From assembly GCF_009834535.1 (NCBI RefSeq), contig NC_045713.1, positions 7,130,001-7,194,000 of the forward strand: DNA of 64,000 nt, read 5' to 3'. The stretch is from Camelus ferus (Eukaryota). Made by a program: the position numbers and the translations under genes. The notes beneath the pieces are model-generated. The model was not told the origin of the DNA. It ran no database searches and saw only the letters and a list, made by a program, of their open reading frames with translations. Shown here piece after piece: positions 45,701 to 56,763 of the stretch (positions are counted from its first letter, which is position 1; every line of letters begins with the position of its first letter).

Positions 45701-48663
45701 ATTCCAAGGAGTCCTCTAGTTGGGAGTCAGTATAGTCAGCAGAGAAGAACGTGGAAAGAATGTTCTGGGTCGTGTTACTGGCTAGCAGGGGAGATGGAGG
45801 CTGTATTTCAAAGCCACTGCTTCTAATCCAGCTTTCAGGTCTGATGAAGAATGTGCTGTTTTGTTCTATGACTTCGTTTATTAGGGAAACTGGGTGCTGA
45901 GGGATGTTATTTTGTCGGGCGGGGGAAGGACCCTAAGGTTTTCTGCAGTGACTGTATCCTTTAGGGCTCCTGGAGCAGCATAAGCCAGTTTCCAGGAGCA
46001 GCCTGGCAGTTTTGTGGGAGAACTCGCTCTTCCCTGCTGTGATAGGACTAACTGGGAATCCAGCTAATCAGTGGGTCTAACATGAGGGAAAGGAGCAAAA
46101 GCTTTTAGCATCGACCTGTTCCTTTCCTCCTCTCTCCTGCCACTTCTGTGACAGAAAGTGATTTAATCTAAACCCCTAGTTACTAAGGATGTTTTTAAGG
46201 AGCTCGCTTAGCCAGCTTCCTGTGCCCTCTGTCACCTATAACCTGTGACCTCTGGCCCTGGCAGCTGGACCCCTCCTGATGCCACCTCTGACTTCGGCAG
46301 CCAAGAATGAATGCAAAGCACAGAGACCAGAGGAGGACAACTAGGCCGGAGCCTGGCCGCGGGGCCCCTCGCTGGGTTAGAGGAGCTCCCGGGGCTTCCC
46401 AACTGAAGGGATGACCTGTGGTTACACTTGCCCATCGTGCTCCTCCTGTAGCATACATGAAGTGCACTATTAAACAATAGTTTTCAGAAGGACAGACTGA
46501 GTGTGTTTTTGGGCAGGGGCCAAATTTATTTCAGTTTAAACAAGAAACATTAGTGACTGTAAATGGAATCTTTAAAAAATTAAAACTTTGTACAGACAAC
46601 CATTTCCCCTTTAGGCTCAAACATGTGACCTCACTCTCTCAAGACTCACTCCCTCAAGACTCCATCATTTCCTCTGCGTTGCCTCTGACTCTCAGGCATT
46701 TCCAGTCGCTCCCCCGTCCATTAGGATTTTATTGATGCGTATTGTTTTGTGTGATACGATACTTAACACCAGCTGCCAAAACTAGGAAGGTGTTGCTAAG
46801 TATGGGGTCCTTGATAAGAGTGTACTTGGGTGTCAGGTACCGATGGGCCTGTTGAGATGTCTTGGTTTGGCTGTGGGGAGGTTACGGTCATGGAGAAGGC
46901 GGAGATGAAAGAGAAGATGAGGACGTGTCTGGAACTCTGGCCTCTGAAAAATTTTGGATCGTGTATTTTGACCACGTAAAGTTTTTAATTTCATAAAACT
47001 AATGAATCTCATCCATCTGGCTCTTCTTTGACACCCACCGCAGACTTACAGATCGACACTCTGCAAGTGTAGACCAAGAGCTGTCACCCATGGTAGGGTC
47101 TTGTTGTTAGTGCGGGTGTCTGCCCCAGATCAGACCTATAAAGTGATTTCTGAGAGTAGAGCCTAAATGTTCGTATTGAGAAGGAAGAAACAGTAATGAA
47201 ATAGAGAACATTTCTAGGAGGGGATAAACAAGCTAGGTCTCACAAGACAGATTCCGTGTGGTAACAGAGAGGAGGTTCCAGGCAGAGAGTTTGGGGTGGG
47301 CCGGAGCATGGCTACTCATGTGGAGGTTCCATCATGAAGCTCTGGGGAAGACCCCTGAACAGGCAGACTGCCAGCAATGGGCTGTCAGTGCGCATGAAGC
47401 CTCAGCCCCCTCTCTGCCGGGTGCTGGCTCCGCACCTGGAAAAGCCTTCATGACTCACTCTTCAGAGCATCGCAAACAAACCTGAGGCCGATCAGGCCAT
47501 TGCGTGGAAAATTGTTTTCCAGGTGTCTTTGAAACAACCTCTGGAACGTTTGGTTCACCTGACTCTCCTGATTACTCGTTCCCGTTTCTCATAGTGATTC
47601 CTCTTCTCAAGTGCCCACCTGAGCATTCCTTAATGTCCAGTCATGGTATTGGTGGTTTCTATGCCAAGGGTTATTCTTCGAACCCATTTACTCTCATGGC
47701 CTCAACTATTAACCTCTATTTAAATACATTTTAAATCTACACAGTGTGGTACTGACCTCTTCCAAGCTCTGGTTTCAGGTCTCTAGCAGACTGCAGGGCA
47801 TTGACACTTGGGCCTCTAAAAGTTTCAAATTACTTCTTTCAAACCAGATACATTTTTTTCCCCATAAGTACCCCTTCTCAAAATCTCTGTAAACCTCTCA
47901 GGGTCAAAACTTTCAAGTTTGTTGATGCTCATCCTCCTGCATCGAACCAGGGTCAAGTCCTGGGCACGTTTCCTGAGCAGGGGGTGGAAAGATGGACTGC
48001 TGCGGGGGGAGGGTGTTGTGGTTGAGGTCGTGGAGGCGGTGGGGTTTCCAGGTGAAGGTAATAATAGCTGACACGTGGCCTAAAAGGGCCTTCCTGGCCC
48101 TTTTCCAAGTAGTTTTCATATATGAAATCACTTAATCTTTACAACAACCTGTGTGTGAGGCAGGCGTTAGTGATAACTGCGCCTTACAGATGAGAAACGG
48201 TTGAACTTGCCCTGTGGTCAGCGCACAGAAGGCCTCGCCTGGGTTGCTCTGCTTGCTGGGAGGCTGGACCACGTGGCCTCCGTGCCTCTGATGTGAGGGG
48301 AGCAGGCACGTGTGAAGAGTAAACCTCATCCAGGCAACTGCCTCGTCCTGTCAGAGGATTCTCCAGTCTCCTTCCTAGTTCCTCAAACTTCCTTTGCTGC
48401 AAGTCCCAGAGTTCGAGTCCTCATGACTTCTCCCTGGATGACACAGTCTCCTAATGCATTAGTATCTTTATTTTTTCTCAAGCTTACCTCTCCAAAGCAC
48501 TACACCCATCTTGTCACTCTTTTATCAAAAAATTTTCAGTGGCTTCGCCCTTAAAGGATAAAATTCAAACTCCTTAGCCATAGAGTCAAGGCTTTCCTCG
48601 AGCTGGTCTCTACATAACTGTATTGCCTTCTCTTTGAGCTCCTCCTCACATTGGAAAACCAGA

Positions 48664-49066
48664 TGTTGAAAACCCGGGGATGGAGAGTCGTTAGGGCGGT
48701 AAAAACAGATTTTATTCACAGCTGTTGTAACTGGGCTCGATTCTGAGCACAGCGCAGTCTGTGGGGATGCACAGTAAGGAGCAGGCTGGGCGTCAGTGGG
48801 TGGAGACTCTCAGGGGAAGCATCAGGGGTAAGGAGTCTTGCTGAAGACAGGCTGGGGTGGTCAGACATCACCCTGGGGCGACGCAGCAGGATGAGGTATC
48901 TGATGAGATACTGGGGCGGGTCAGATGTGAAGGGCGGAGGACTCTTGCCAAACTGATTTAGCACGGCTCTCGCTAAAACTAGAATTTACAGGGAAGCACA
49001 CACGTGGGTCTAAGAAAAGGTTTGGGAGCGTGAGGAAGGTTTGTTAAAGCAAAGAAATCTTTGTCA
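48664..49066 (-). mobile_element. ERV1-class solo LTR (MER31-like)
   Basis: Minus strand begins tgacaaagatttctttgc and carries ...cccttacccctgatgcttcc...aataaaatctgtttttaccgccctaacgact...tttcaaca, matching my recollection of MER31. Confidence 0.75.
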
Positions 49067-49929
49067 CATCAAATAGCACGGTGGTAACAAGGCCCCAAAA
49101 CATACCCGCCTCCGTGCCCTGTGAGTTTGTTCACTCACAGTGTCCCCATGTCCTGCTCCAGCTCCTTACCTCCCATCAGTGAAAATCGGAGTCCAGGAGG
49201 GCCTTGGAAGCCACCTTCAGCCTCCCGCTCCGTGCAGATGCTTCCAGCAGCAGCCGCGGCGAACGGCTCTCCAGTCTCTGGCGGCGCCTTCAGGGAGAGG
49301 CGGCTCGTTGATTGTGGCACCGGGCAGAGGCAGGTGACTCCACTGATGAGCATTCCGATGGCTGGGAGTTAAGGAGGGCTGAAATCTGCCTCCTTGTAAG
49401 CTTCTGCCTTCCACTGTTAGCTTTGCCTTCTCACCTGTGAAATGATTTCCAAGGACATTAGCAGTCCCAGCAAAGGCAATTTGGTCCCTGGTGCCTCCAG
49501 CCCATCCCGAGTCATGCCTGTTCTTTGAGATAGAACTCAAGATAATTCTGAGAGAGGATATGTTCTAAGTTTCCAAGTAAAGGGAAAGCTTGGTTTTACC
49601 TGAACATTTCAGCCGACAGAAATGTGAACCATGGAGTGGTGGTGGGGAACGTCTTAACAAATTGTTCCTTTTTAATTAAAAGATTGCTTTTTAAAAGCTC
49701 CCCAAAGATATTTTCCCCCCATAAGTTGTTTTATATAGAGTTTAAGTTTTTTTCCCCCACTTCAGAAAATAAAAGAAAGCCCAGTCAGGTGCATTATTTT
49801 AAATATAGCAATAATGAAGAACTGAAGTTTTTTTAATGAATCAAAATTCCCATGGACTATTTTCTACCTACGTGGATAAATGCGGCCACCAGAGGGGCTT
49901 CTTCACGAACGACAAAGGATTCTTAGCAT

Positions 49930-50450
49930 CTTCCTCCACAAGCAGTGTCCCTTGAGTTATCCCTGCTTTGGTTGCTGACATCATCAGCTTCCCAGTCAGC
50001 CACGCCAGAAAGCTGGGCCTGGTTCTGGATGCATGGATTCTCCCATTTCCTCTCCCCTCCAGTCTGTATCTCCCGCCCACCCGGTCTTGCTCACTCCTGT
50101 GACTCCTGCCTTGGCCCAGGCCGTTCCTGACTCGTTCCTCGTCCCCTCCCACGTGGGTTATGCTGGAGCGATGCAAAGCTGGGGTGACAGCCTCGCGAAG
50201 ACAGTGCAGTCTCTCTGTCTCTGCACGTGCTAACACCCTCCCCTCCTCGCCCACCTAACAGACTCCTACTCATCTGTCAAAACCTCCTCCTAAGCTTCAC
50301 CTTTCCGGGCATGGTGGATGCCACCCTCCACCCCCACCAGGTCCATCATTTCCCTGAGCTGCATCTTGTACACACGTTTATTACCGGGCTTGTCTCCCCA
50401 TGTCCATCTTTTACTTATCACTTGTTCATACCTCTGACTCCCTCCCTCTG
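49930..50450 (+). mobile_element. L2 fragment
   Basis: catcatcagcttcccagtcagccacgccagaaagctggg...ctcatctgtcaaaacctcctcctaagcttcacc...cttgtctcccca. Confidence 0.55.
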
Positions 50451-50974
50451 GTGGGGGTTTTCCTACATTTTCACTTTTCTACCAAAAGTAAGTATGGCAT
50501 TCATAATCAGAAAAAAATATTTTTAAAAAGAGATAAAAGTAGTAAGAAGTAACATCCATGGAGCCATCACTGTGTGTCAGGCATTGTTCTAAGCGCTTTA
50601 TATGTTAACTCCGTTCATCCATCACGATTCTGTGAGGTAGGTACTATTATTGCCCCCATTTTTATTCCCTTTGCTTCAGGAATGAAGGAAGGAAGGAGAG
50701 GAGGGAGGGAAGTTCTCCAGGCACAGTAACTGATACAGTGAGATTCGAAGCCCTTGGAGCCCGAAGCCCGGGCTTGACCTCCCTCATCGCCCTCTCCCCA
50801 GACCCCAGAGGGGATCCCAGCCCCTCCTCTGACGCCCCACGCCACTCCCTCGTCCTTGAAGCTCTTGGCCAGCAGCTCAGGGAGCACGTAGGGGATACAG
50901 AGATGAACAGTCCGTGGTTCCCCCGCGGAAGGAGGCGCCAGTCTCGTCGTCATGATGGCTGGTCTCACTGACAG

Positions 50975-51165
50975 CTGAGCCCCGTGCCAGCGCGGACTGT
51001 CTCCAGTACCGTCAGCCTTGTCTCCCACAATCACAGGGGCTGTCAGTCCTATTAACATCCCTCTTTTTACAGATGAGAAAACCGAGACATGGTTAGTAGT
51101 AGTGGAGCCGGGGTTCAAACCTAGGCAGTCTGGCTCCAGAGCTTGGGCTCTTAATGACCCTGCTG
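50975..51165 (-). mobile_element. MIR SINE
   Basis: ctctttttacagatgagaaaaccgagac...ggagccggggttcaaacctaggcagtctggctccagagcttgggctcttaatgacc. Confidence 0.8.
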
Positions 51166-52454
51166 TCCTATCTCTTGATAAATGAAATGGGGGAACTCGA
51201 AGAAAGCTAGCTTGTGTTCTGCTTGGGGAGGGACGAGGCACAAGGTGGTCACAAAAGGCTTCACTGAGGAAACAGCCTTAAAGCTAAATAAGAGAACGGG
51301 ATAGCTAAAATACAGTCAGCCATTCCTCGTTTATTCTCCAGTGTTTGACTTCTCTTTCCCTCAAGGCTCCATCAGGTTCCCCTAGACACTGCCACAGGCT
51401 CTCTCAGCACCACACAGACACTGCCATCTTCTCACCCAGGAGTCCCTGTGCTGCGTGCCATCCTGTGCGGTGTGTTACGGCCATGGGCAGGCCTCATCAA
51501 GACAAAACTATCCAGAAACATGAAATGGCACTGCCACCCCCACCTCCCGTCCCTGTCTGCTTCATCACAATGTGGGTGCCAGATGAAAAGTCCCAGTGCA
51601 AACGAAGTTTAGATTGTCCTTCTGTAGGAAGACACCAATTCACCATCAGAATCATAGGGTAGCAAGTGACTCCCCCTCAAATGCTTTCAAAGCCACTTAC
51701 ATCACCTGTCTTGTACCCTGAATTAAGCATATAGTTTCTTCATAATATTGTTCTGCTCTGATTACACCATAGAGAAACCTTACCCCAGCTGCTGCCCAGG
51801 GTGCCCTGGTGTAGCCCCTTGCCCCATTTTCTTCACGTCTGACACCCACGCAGGACCGTCGCACCACCTTGTCACGGATTTCCATCACCTACTCCATGAT
51901 CTGCCAGTAAAAGCCTCTCAGCTTATAGCCTCCCCAGGGCCCCCAGCATCTTCTCGCACAAGTGAGACTCTCACCACCCGGCCTTTGCTGGTGCCGCTCC
52001 CTCCTTTCCCTGGCTGAAAATCCTAGTATATTAACATCCAGGGAAAAAACATCTCACAAAGAACAGCAGGTGCACAGGCCCTTGGAGAGGACCGCGCTTA
52101 CCACATTCCAGGAACAGCGAGGAGCACAGCGATCCAGGAAGGGTTGCATCATGAAAGTCAGATCATCAGATGTGAGGGGCTTTTCCACACAGAATCCTTG
52201 ATCCTTCATTCCGTTGGAGCTCTGGTGGAGAATTTCCCTACAGCTACCGCATGCAAGGGTGACTGCTAGTACGAATCCTTTCACGTCAAGCCACGCCTGA
52301 GCCCCGGTACAGCTCCTCCCAGCACGCAGTGGCACGCCTGGGCACCCGTGGGTCTGTTCAGTGTGAATCCTCCACCGCTCCACCAAGGCTGGCCCCTCCG
52401 CGAAGGCTCTGTCTTACGCCCCCAAGGTGTATGTGTGCGTGACTGAGTTTGTGT

Positions 52455-53560
52455 TTTTTAAAATAAAACTTTATTGATGATTCACACACCATACAACTCA
52501 CCCATTTCAAGTGCACAATCCGGTGGTTTTTAGTATCCAGAATTGTATAACCAACCATCACAATTTGAGAATAGTTCATCACCCTAAAACAACCCCATAC
52601 CCTTCAGCAGTCTCTCTCCATTTCCCCCCTCCTCCCCCATCAGCCTGCTGTCTGTCTGTGGACTTCCCTGTTCGGGACACTTCACATACGTGGAGTCATA
52701 ACCATATAGTATGTGGCCTTTTGTGTCCGACTTCTTTCACTTAGTACAATGATGTCAAGTTTTATCTGTGTATGTTGCAATGTGAATCTGTAATCTTTTT
52801 TTTTTTTTTTTAACAGCTGAACAATACCTTGTTTATCCTTTCACCCATTGATGGAAACATTTCCCACTTTTTGGCTTTTATGAACAGTGTTGCCTTGGAC
52901 ATTTGTGTACAAGTTTTTGTGTGGTATGTTTTCCTTTCTCTTGGGTATATACCTAGGGTAGGAACTTCTTGGTCAAACACTCTTTTTAATCTTTTTTTTT
53001 TTTTTCCAGTGGAGGTACTGGGGATTGAACCCAGTTCCTCATGCATGCTAAGCACACGCTCTACCACTGAGCTATACCCTCTCCCCTAAGCTTTTGAGGA
53101 AATGCCAGACTGTCTTCCACAGTGGCTGTCCCACTTTACATTCTCACCAGCAGCGTATCATCTCCGGATTCCTCTGCCGCCTCAACAACACTGGATGTTG
53201 TCCTTCTTACTACAGCCAGCCTCGGGGGTACAACGTGGCCTCACGGTGGTTTAGGTTTGCGTTTCCGTCACGGATGTGTTGAGCGTCTTTCCATGTGCTT
53301 CTTGTCCATTTGTCTTTTTTGGGGAAATGTGTGTTCAGATCCTTTGCCTATCTTTTAACTGGCTGTCCTTTCATCACCGAGTTGTAAAATAGGTTTTCCC
53401 AGCGCCCTAGCACGTACACATGCTTTGCAGGGATTGGCTACCACTCGGTGGGTTGTCCTTTCACTTTCTTGATGGTGTCCTTTGAAGCACAGAAGTTTTT
53501 AATTTTGATGATGCCTAGTTTGTCTATTTTCCCTTTGGCTCCTTATGCTTTTAGTATCTG
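52455..53560 (-). mobile_element. L1M (MB/MA-like) 3' fragment including the ORF2 end, interrupted by a SINE
   Basis: attcacacaccatacaactcacccatttcaagtgcacaat...ttcttttcacttagtacaatg...gggtatatacctaggg...ttttgaggaaatgccagactgtcttccacagtggctgt...gtcctttgaagcacagaagtttttaattttgatg. Confidence 0.88.
52992..53086 (-). mobile_element. Head-only camelid tRNA-Ala SINE
   Basis: Minus strand GGGGAGAGGGTATAGCTCAGTGGTAGAGCGTGTGCTTAGCATGCATGAGGAACTGGGTTCAATCCCCAGTACCTCCACTGG(A)14; imperfect TSD taatctttt/taagctttt. Confidence 0.85.
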
Positions 53561-53609
53561 TATTAGATTAGACAGAGAGGTGGCATTGCTGCTCACGCAT
53601 ACTGGGGGT

Positions 53610-53750
53610 AGGATTTCCAGATAAGATGTCCAGTTACATCTGAATTTCAGATAAACATTGAATAATTTTTTTTAGTATAAGAAGTATGTCCCAAATATAT
53701 TGTTTACCTGGAATCCAAATGTGCCTTTATTTGCTTAATCTGGCAGCCCT
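53610..53750. mobile_element. MER53-like hAT MITE with internal deletion
   Basis: gatttccagataa...tgaatttcagataaaca...ttttagtataagaagtatgtcccaaat...aatctggcagccct; terminal inverted repeats are visible, one central arm is missing. Confidence 0.75.
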
Positions 53751-53764
53751 GGCCAGTGGTCCAC

Positions 53765-53800
53765 TGTACGTGTGTGTGCGCGCGCGTGTGCGTGTGTGTA
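53765..53800. repeat. 36-nt alternating purine-pyrimidine (TG/CG) tract
   Basis: tgtacgtgtgtgtgcgcgcgcgtgtgcgtgtgtgta. Confidence 0.9.
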
Positions 53801-56381
53801 AATGTGTGTCTGTGTGATGTGATAGGTGGCAATGCTCACAAGCTTCTTCAGACCAAGCCAGCCTCAAAGTCCCCCAGGGACAGTGTCCTTCCCCAACTAC
53901 CAGGGAGGCCTCACCCACTCCCTTGGAGCCAAGCCAGCACTGGCCTCCTACCCATGGAAGGTGGGCACCAGGACTGGAGCAGAGCTCACATATACCAGCT
54001 TCCCTTATTTGGTACCGGATGCCTCTGAAGGTCCCCGGCAGAGGTGAGCACTGGCTGTCTACAGAAGCACCAGCTCAGTAATGCGTCCATTACTGGCTTT
54101 TCCTCCTCCCTCCTCTCTCTCCCTGCTTCTTCACTCTTGCTTCCTTGAGTCACCTCCCTATGAGCTCTCCGCCTGCAGCCCTGCTCCAGGGGAAATCCAA
54201 ACTGCGGCAGTTGGTACTGGAAGTGGCCCTAGAAATCAAGCCCTCTGGTCAGATGGCAAAAAAGTCCGGTGATAAATGCATCCTATCCCTTGGCAGTGAC
54301 TACGATTCTCACTAGTTATGGCAAGAGATGAGGTTCAGGTCCAAGGGAAGCGCTGGCTTAGGCGATAGTAACACTGCTGGGACAGTGGCAATCCTTAGGG
54401 CTGCAGAGCTTCTCACGCTTTGAAGAATGAAAATGATGGGCCACTGTCGACTCAGGGCGTCGTGAAAGCCAGAGCCCCCCTCCTGCAGCGAGAGCAGGCT
54501 GGCCTGAAACCAGGCGCAGGACTGAGTCTCAGGACAGTGGAACGGCAAAAGGAGCTCGCCAGAGCACTGGTGCCAAAGCTCTGGGCCGACTGGGAAAGAT
54601 CAGGACCCTGATATGCGAGACACTGAGGCAGCTGTGCTCGTGTACCTGGACCCCTAAATTCTCCTGAACCCTCCGGCCTAACAAAAGCCTCTCTCTTGAC
54701 GCAGGAGACCATGACTCTTTCTGCCTGGAGACCATGCAAACGTCACACCAGAAGCAGGTGTCCCTCAAGATAATGCTCCTTCTCCTCAAAATCTGTCCCC
54801 ACCTTCCCCAGTACATACAGACTGCAATCTTGGGATTTGTAAGAAGTATCTGTTTGGTCATTCAGATGAGCTGAGCAGGCCCAGAAGTCACAGGCGTGTC
54901 AGCAGGAAGTCAGACCCCCGTGTCTCCTACCTTTGCTGAGCTGATGCCTCCCCCTCTGCTCACACCTGTGGGTTCACAGAAGGCTCCCTTTGACTTGATG
55001 GAAGAAACAACTAGGGTGTTTCAGAGAGGGATCAGCTCAGTATTCTGGGGTGTAACCAAAATGTGCCCATTCACATGGCCTTCTTCAGGAGTGGCCCTGA
55101 AGGCCAGAGTGAGGGCACCTGGGGGGCTATGCTGAGAGCAGGCTACCTGGCACCAGCTTCTCATGGAGGAAGAAGGGGCCCAAGGGAAAGACAGCATGGC
55201 CTCCTGGGCTGCAGTGAATGGCTTGTCTAGACAAGCAATAAGGCAAAAAGTCTGGAGACTAGGAGATCTGAGGAAGACTTCAGCTCACAGATGGACCGAT
55301 GGGGGCTGAAACGAAGCATGTGGATCTCGTGTCTTCCGTTAATGCCTATCAGAAAGTACCACTGCACAGTGTCAGGAAGATCGGGGGCAGCACAGACTGG
55401 GGCCCGCGGCCTGCTCACGGGTAGGACAAGAGGCAGGTCTCCGGGCTTCTCCTCCCCTCGTCAGCTGGAGCAGCTGCAGTGGTGGCCCACAGACCATGAG
55501 CTGCCGCCCAATCGCTAGATTGTGTGTGGGCCCCCGTGCCAGTCAGGACACAAAAGGACAGCACATGTGTAAGGCAAGGATACCCAGGCAGTCTGCAGGC
55601 TACCGGAACAGGAAGGACATTTCAGACTCCGAGCACTACTGATTCTTTTCCACTAGTGACCCCTTGCCCTGATATACCTGGCCGGTGCATAGACTCGTTA
55701 CCTGCAGTCTGATCCTAGGACGGCACAAAAGGCAGTTTGCAGTGATCAGAGCTACACCAGACGTCACGCTTCCTTGCTGTCCCCAATCCTGACGCGTCGT
55801 CTGCCTGACCACTATGGCTACAGCAGTAGAGAGAGAGAGATTTCAGTGACTACTACTAAGAGGTAGAAAAAACTGAGAATATGAAAATAAGTGACATGAG
55901 GGAAGAGCGAAGTCGCTGGGTTTCTAGCTAACAGGAGGTCCCAGGGGCTCCTGGCCACTCTTAAATCTAAGAGCCTGCAGGCAGAAGAGTCAGGATGGAT
56001 TTAAGGTAATCATATTGTGTGTTGTTGGCTCCTGGAATTCAGAAGGAAGCATCTCAGGGAGAGTCAGATTTTCACAGACTTTGGCAGAAACAGAGCACAC
56101 ATGACCAAAAAGCACACAGGCTGACAAAATGTTCCCAGTGACGGAAAACGTGCTCAGTGTGCAGGAAAAAAGCACGACGTAGGCCAGGATGCAGCTACGC
56201 CACCCAGTGTACCGCAACCTCCTAACACGCATGTTTGCAAGTGCTCAAAGTTCTATTTACCCCAAATCCAAATTTTCTAAAAGTAAAACCAGTAGGAATA
56301 GTTCTCTCTCTAGAATAGTATTGAATAACTAACATTGTTTTTTATAGTAATAGTCCTAAGGCATTACAAGATGTTATAAGT

Positions 56382-56387
56382 TTATTC
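56382..56387 (-). terminator. Candidate ZSCAN21 polyadenylation signal AATAAA
   Basis: TTTATT on the plus strand about 380 nt past the ZSCAN21 stop, in an AT-rich UTR. Confidence 0.6.
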
Positions 56388-56763
56388 TAAATCCGATTAA
56401 ATTGTGTTCCATGTGGCTCAATTCTTTACAAATCGTAAGTCTTGAATATATGTTAAAACAGTTAAACAATTTTAATGTTTCCTCCTTGATTATACTGGAT
56501 ACACAGCAGTTTAACTCAACAAAAGGCTACAAAAGGCGAAGCCAGTGTGGCTTTCGGGGCCTGTAGTGCGGGGAGGGGACCCTCCCCCACAGGCTGGTGG
56601 GTCAGGAACCCGCTGTGCCCCGCCTGAGCTCTCACTCCTCTGCCTCCCTGATGTTGAGTGAAACAAAATCTACCCTGGAGTTTACACTGCAATTACTGGG
56701 CTTTCTCCCTAAGACTCACGTTCTAAAGGTAAAAAACAAAAACCACCGAGAGAGACTTGAGCG

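Noticed and set aside
50615-51241. 208-aa minus-strand ORF between ZNF3 and ZSCAN21
   Set aside because: Both ends are MIR-derived (EPDCLGLNPGSTT; GAIIVPTSQ), it has a non-ATG start, and there is no domain or splice support.
53610-53750. MER53-derived miR-1302-like hairpin
   Set aside because: Only one arm of the central palindrome remains (TTGGGACATACTT on the minus strand), so the precursor stem cannot form.
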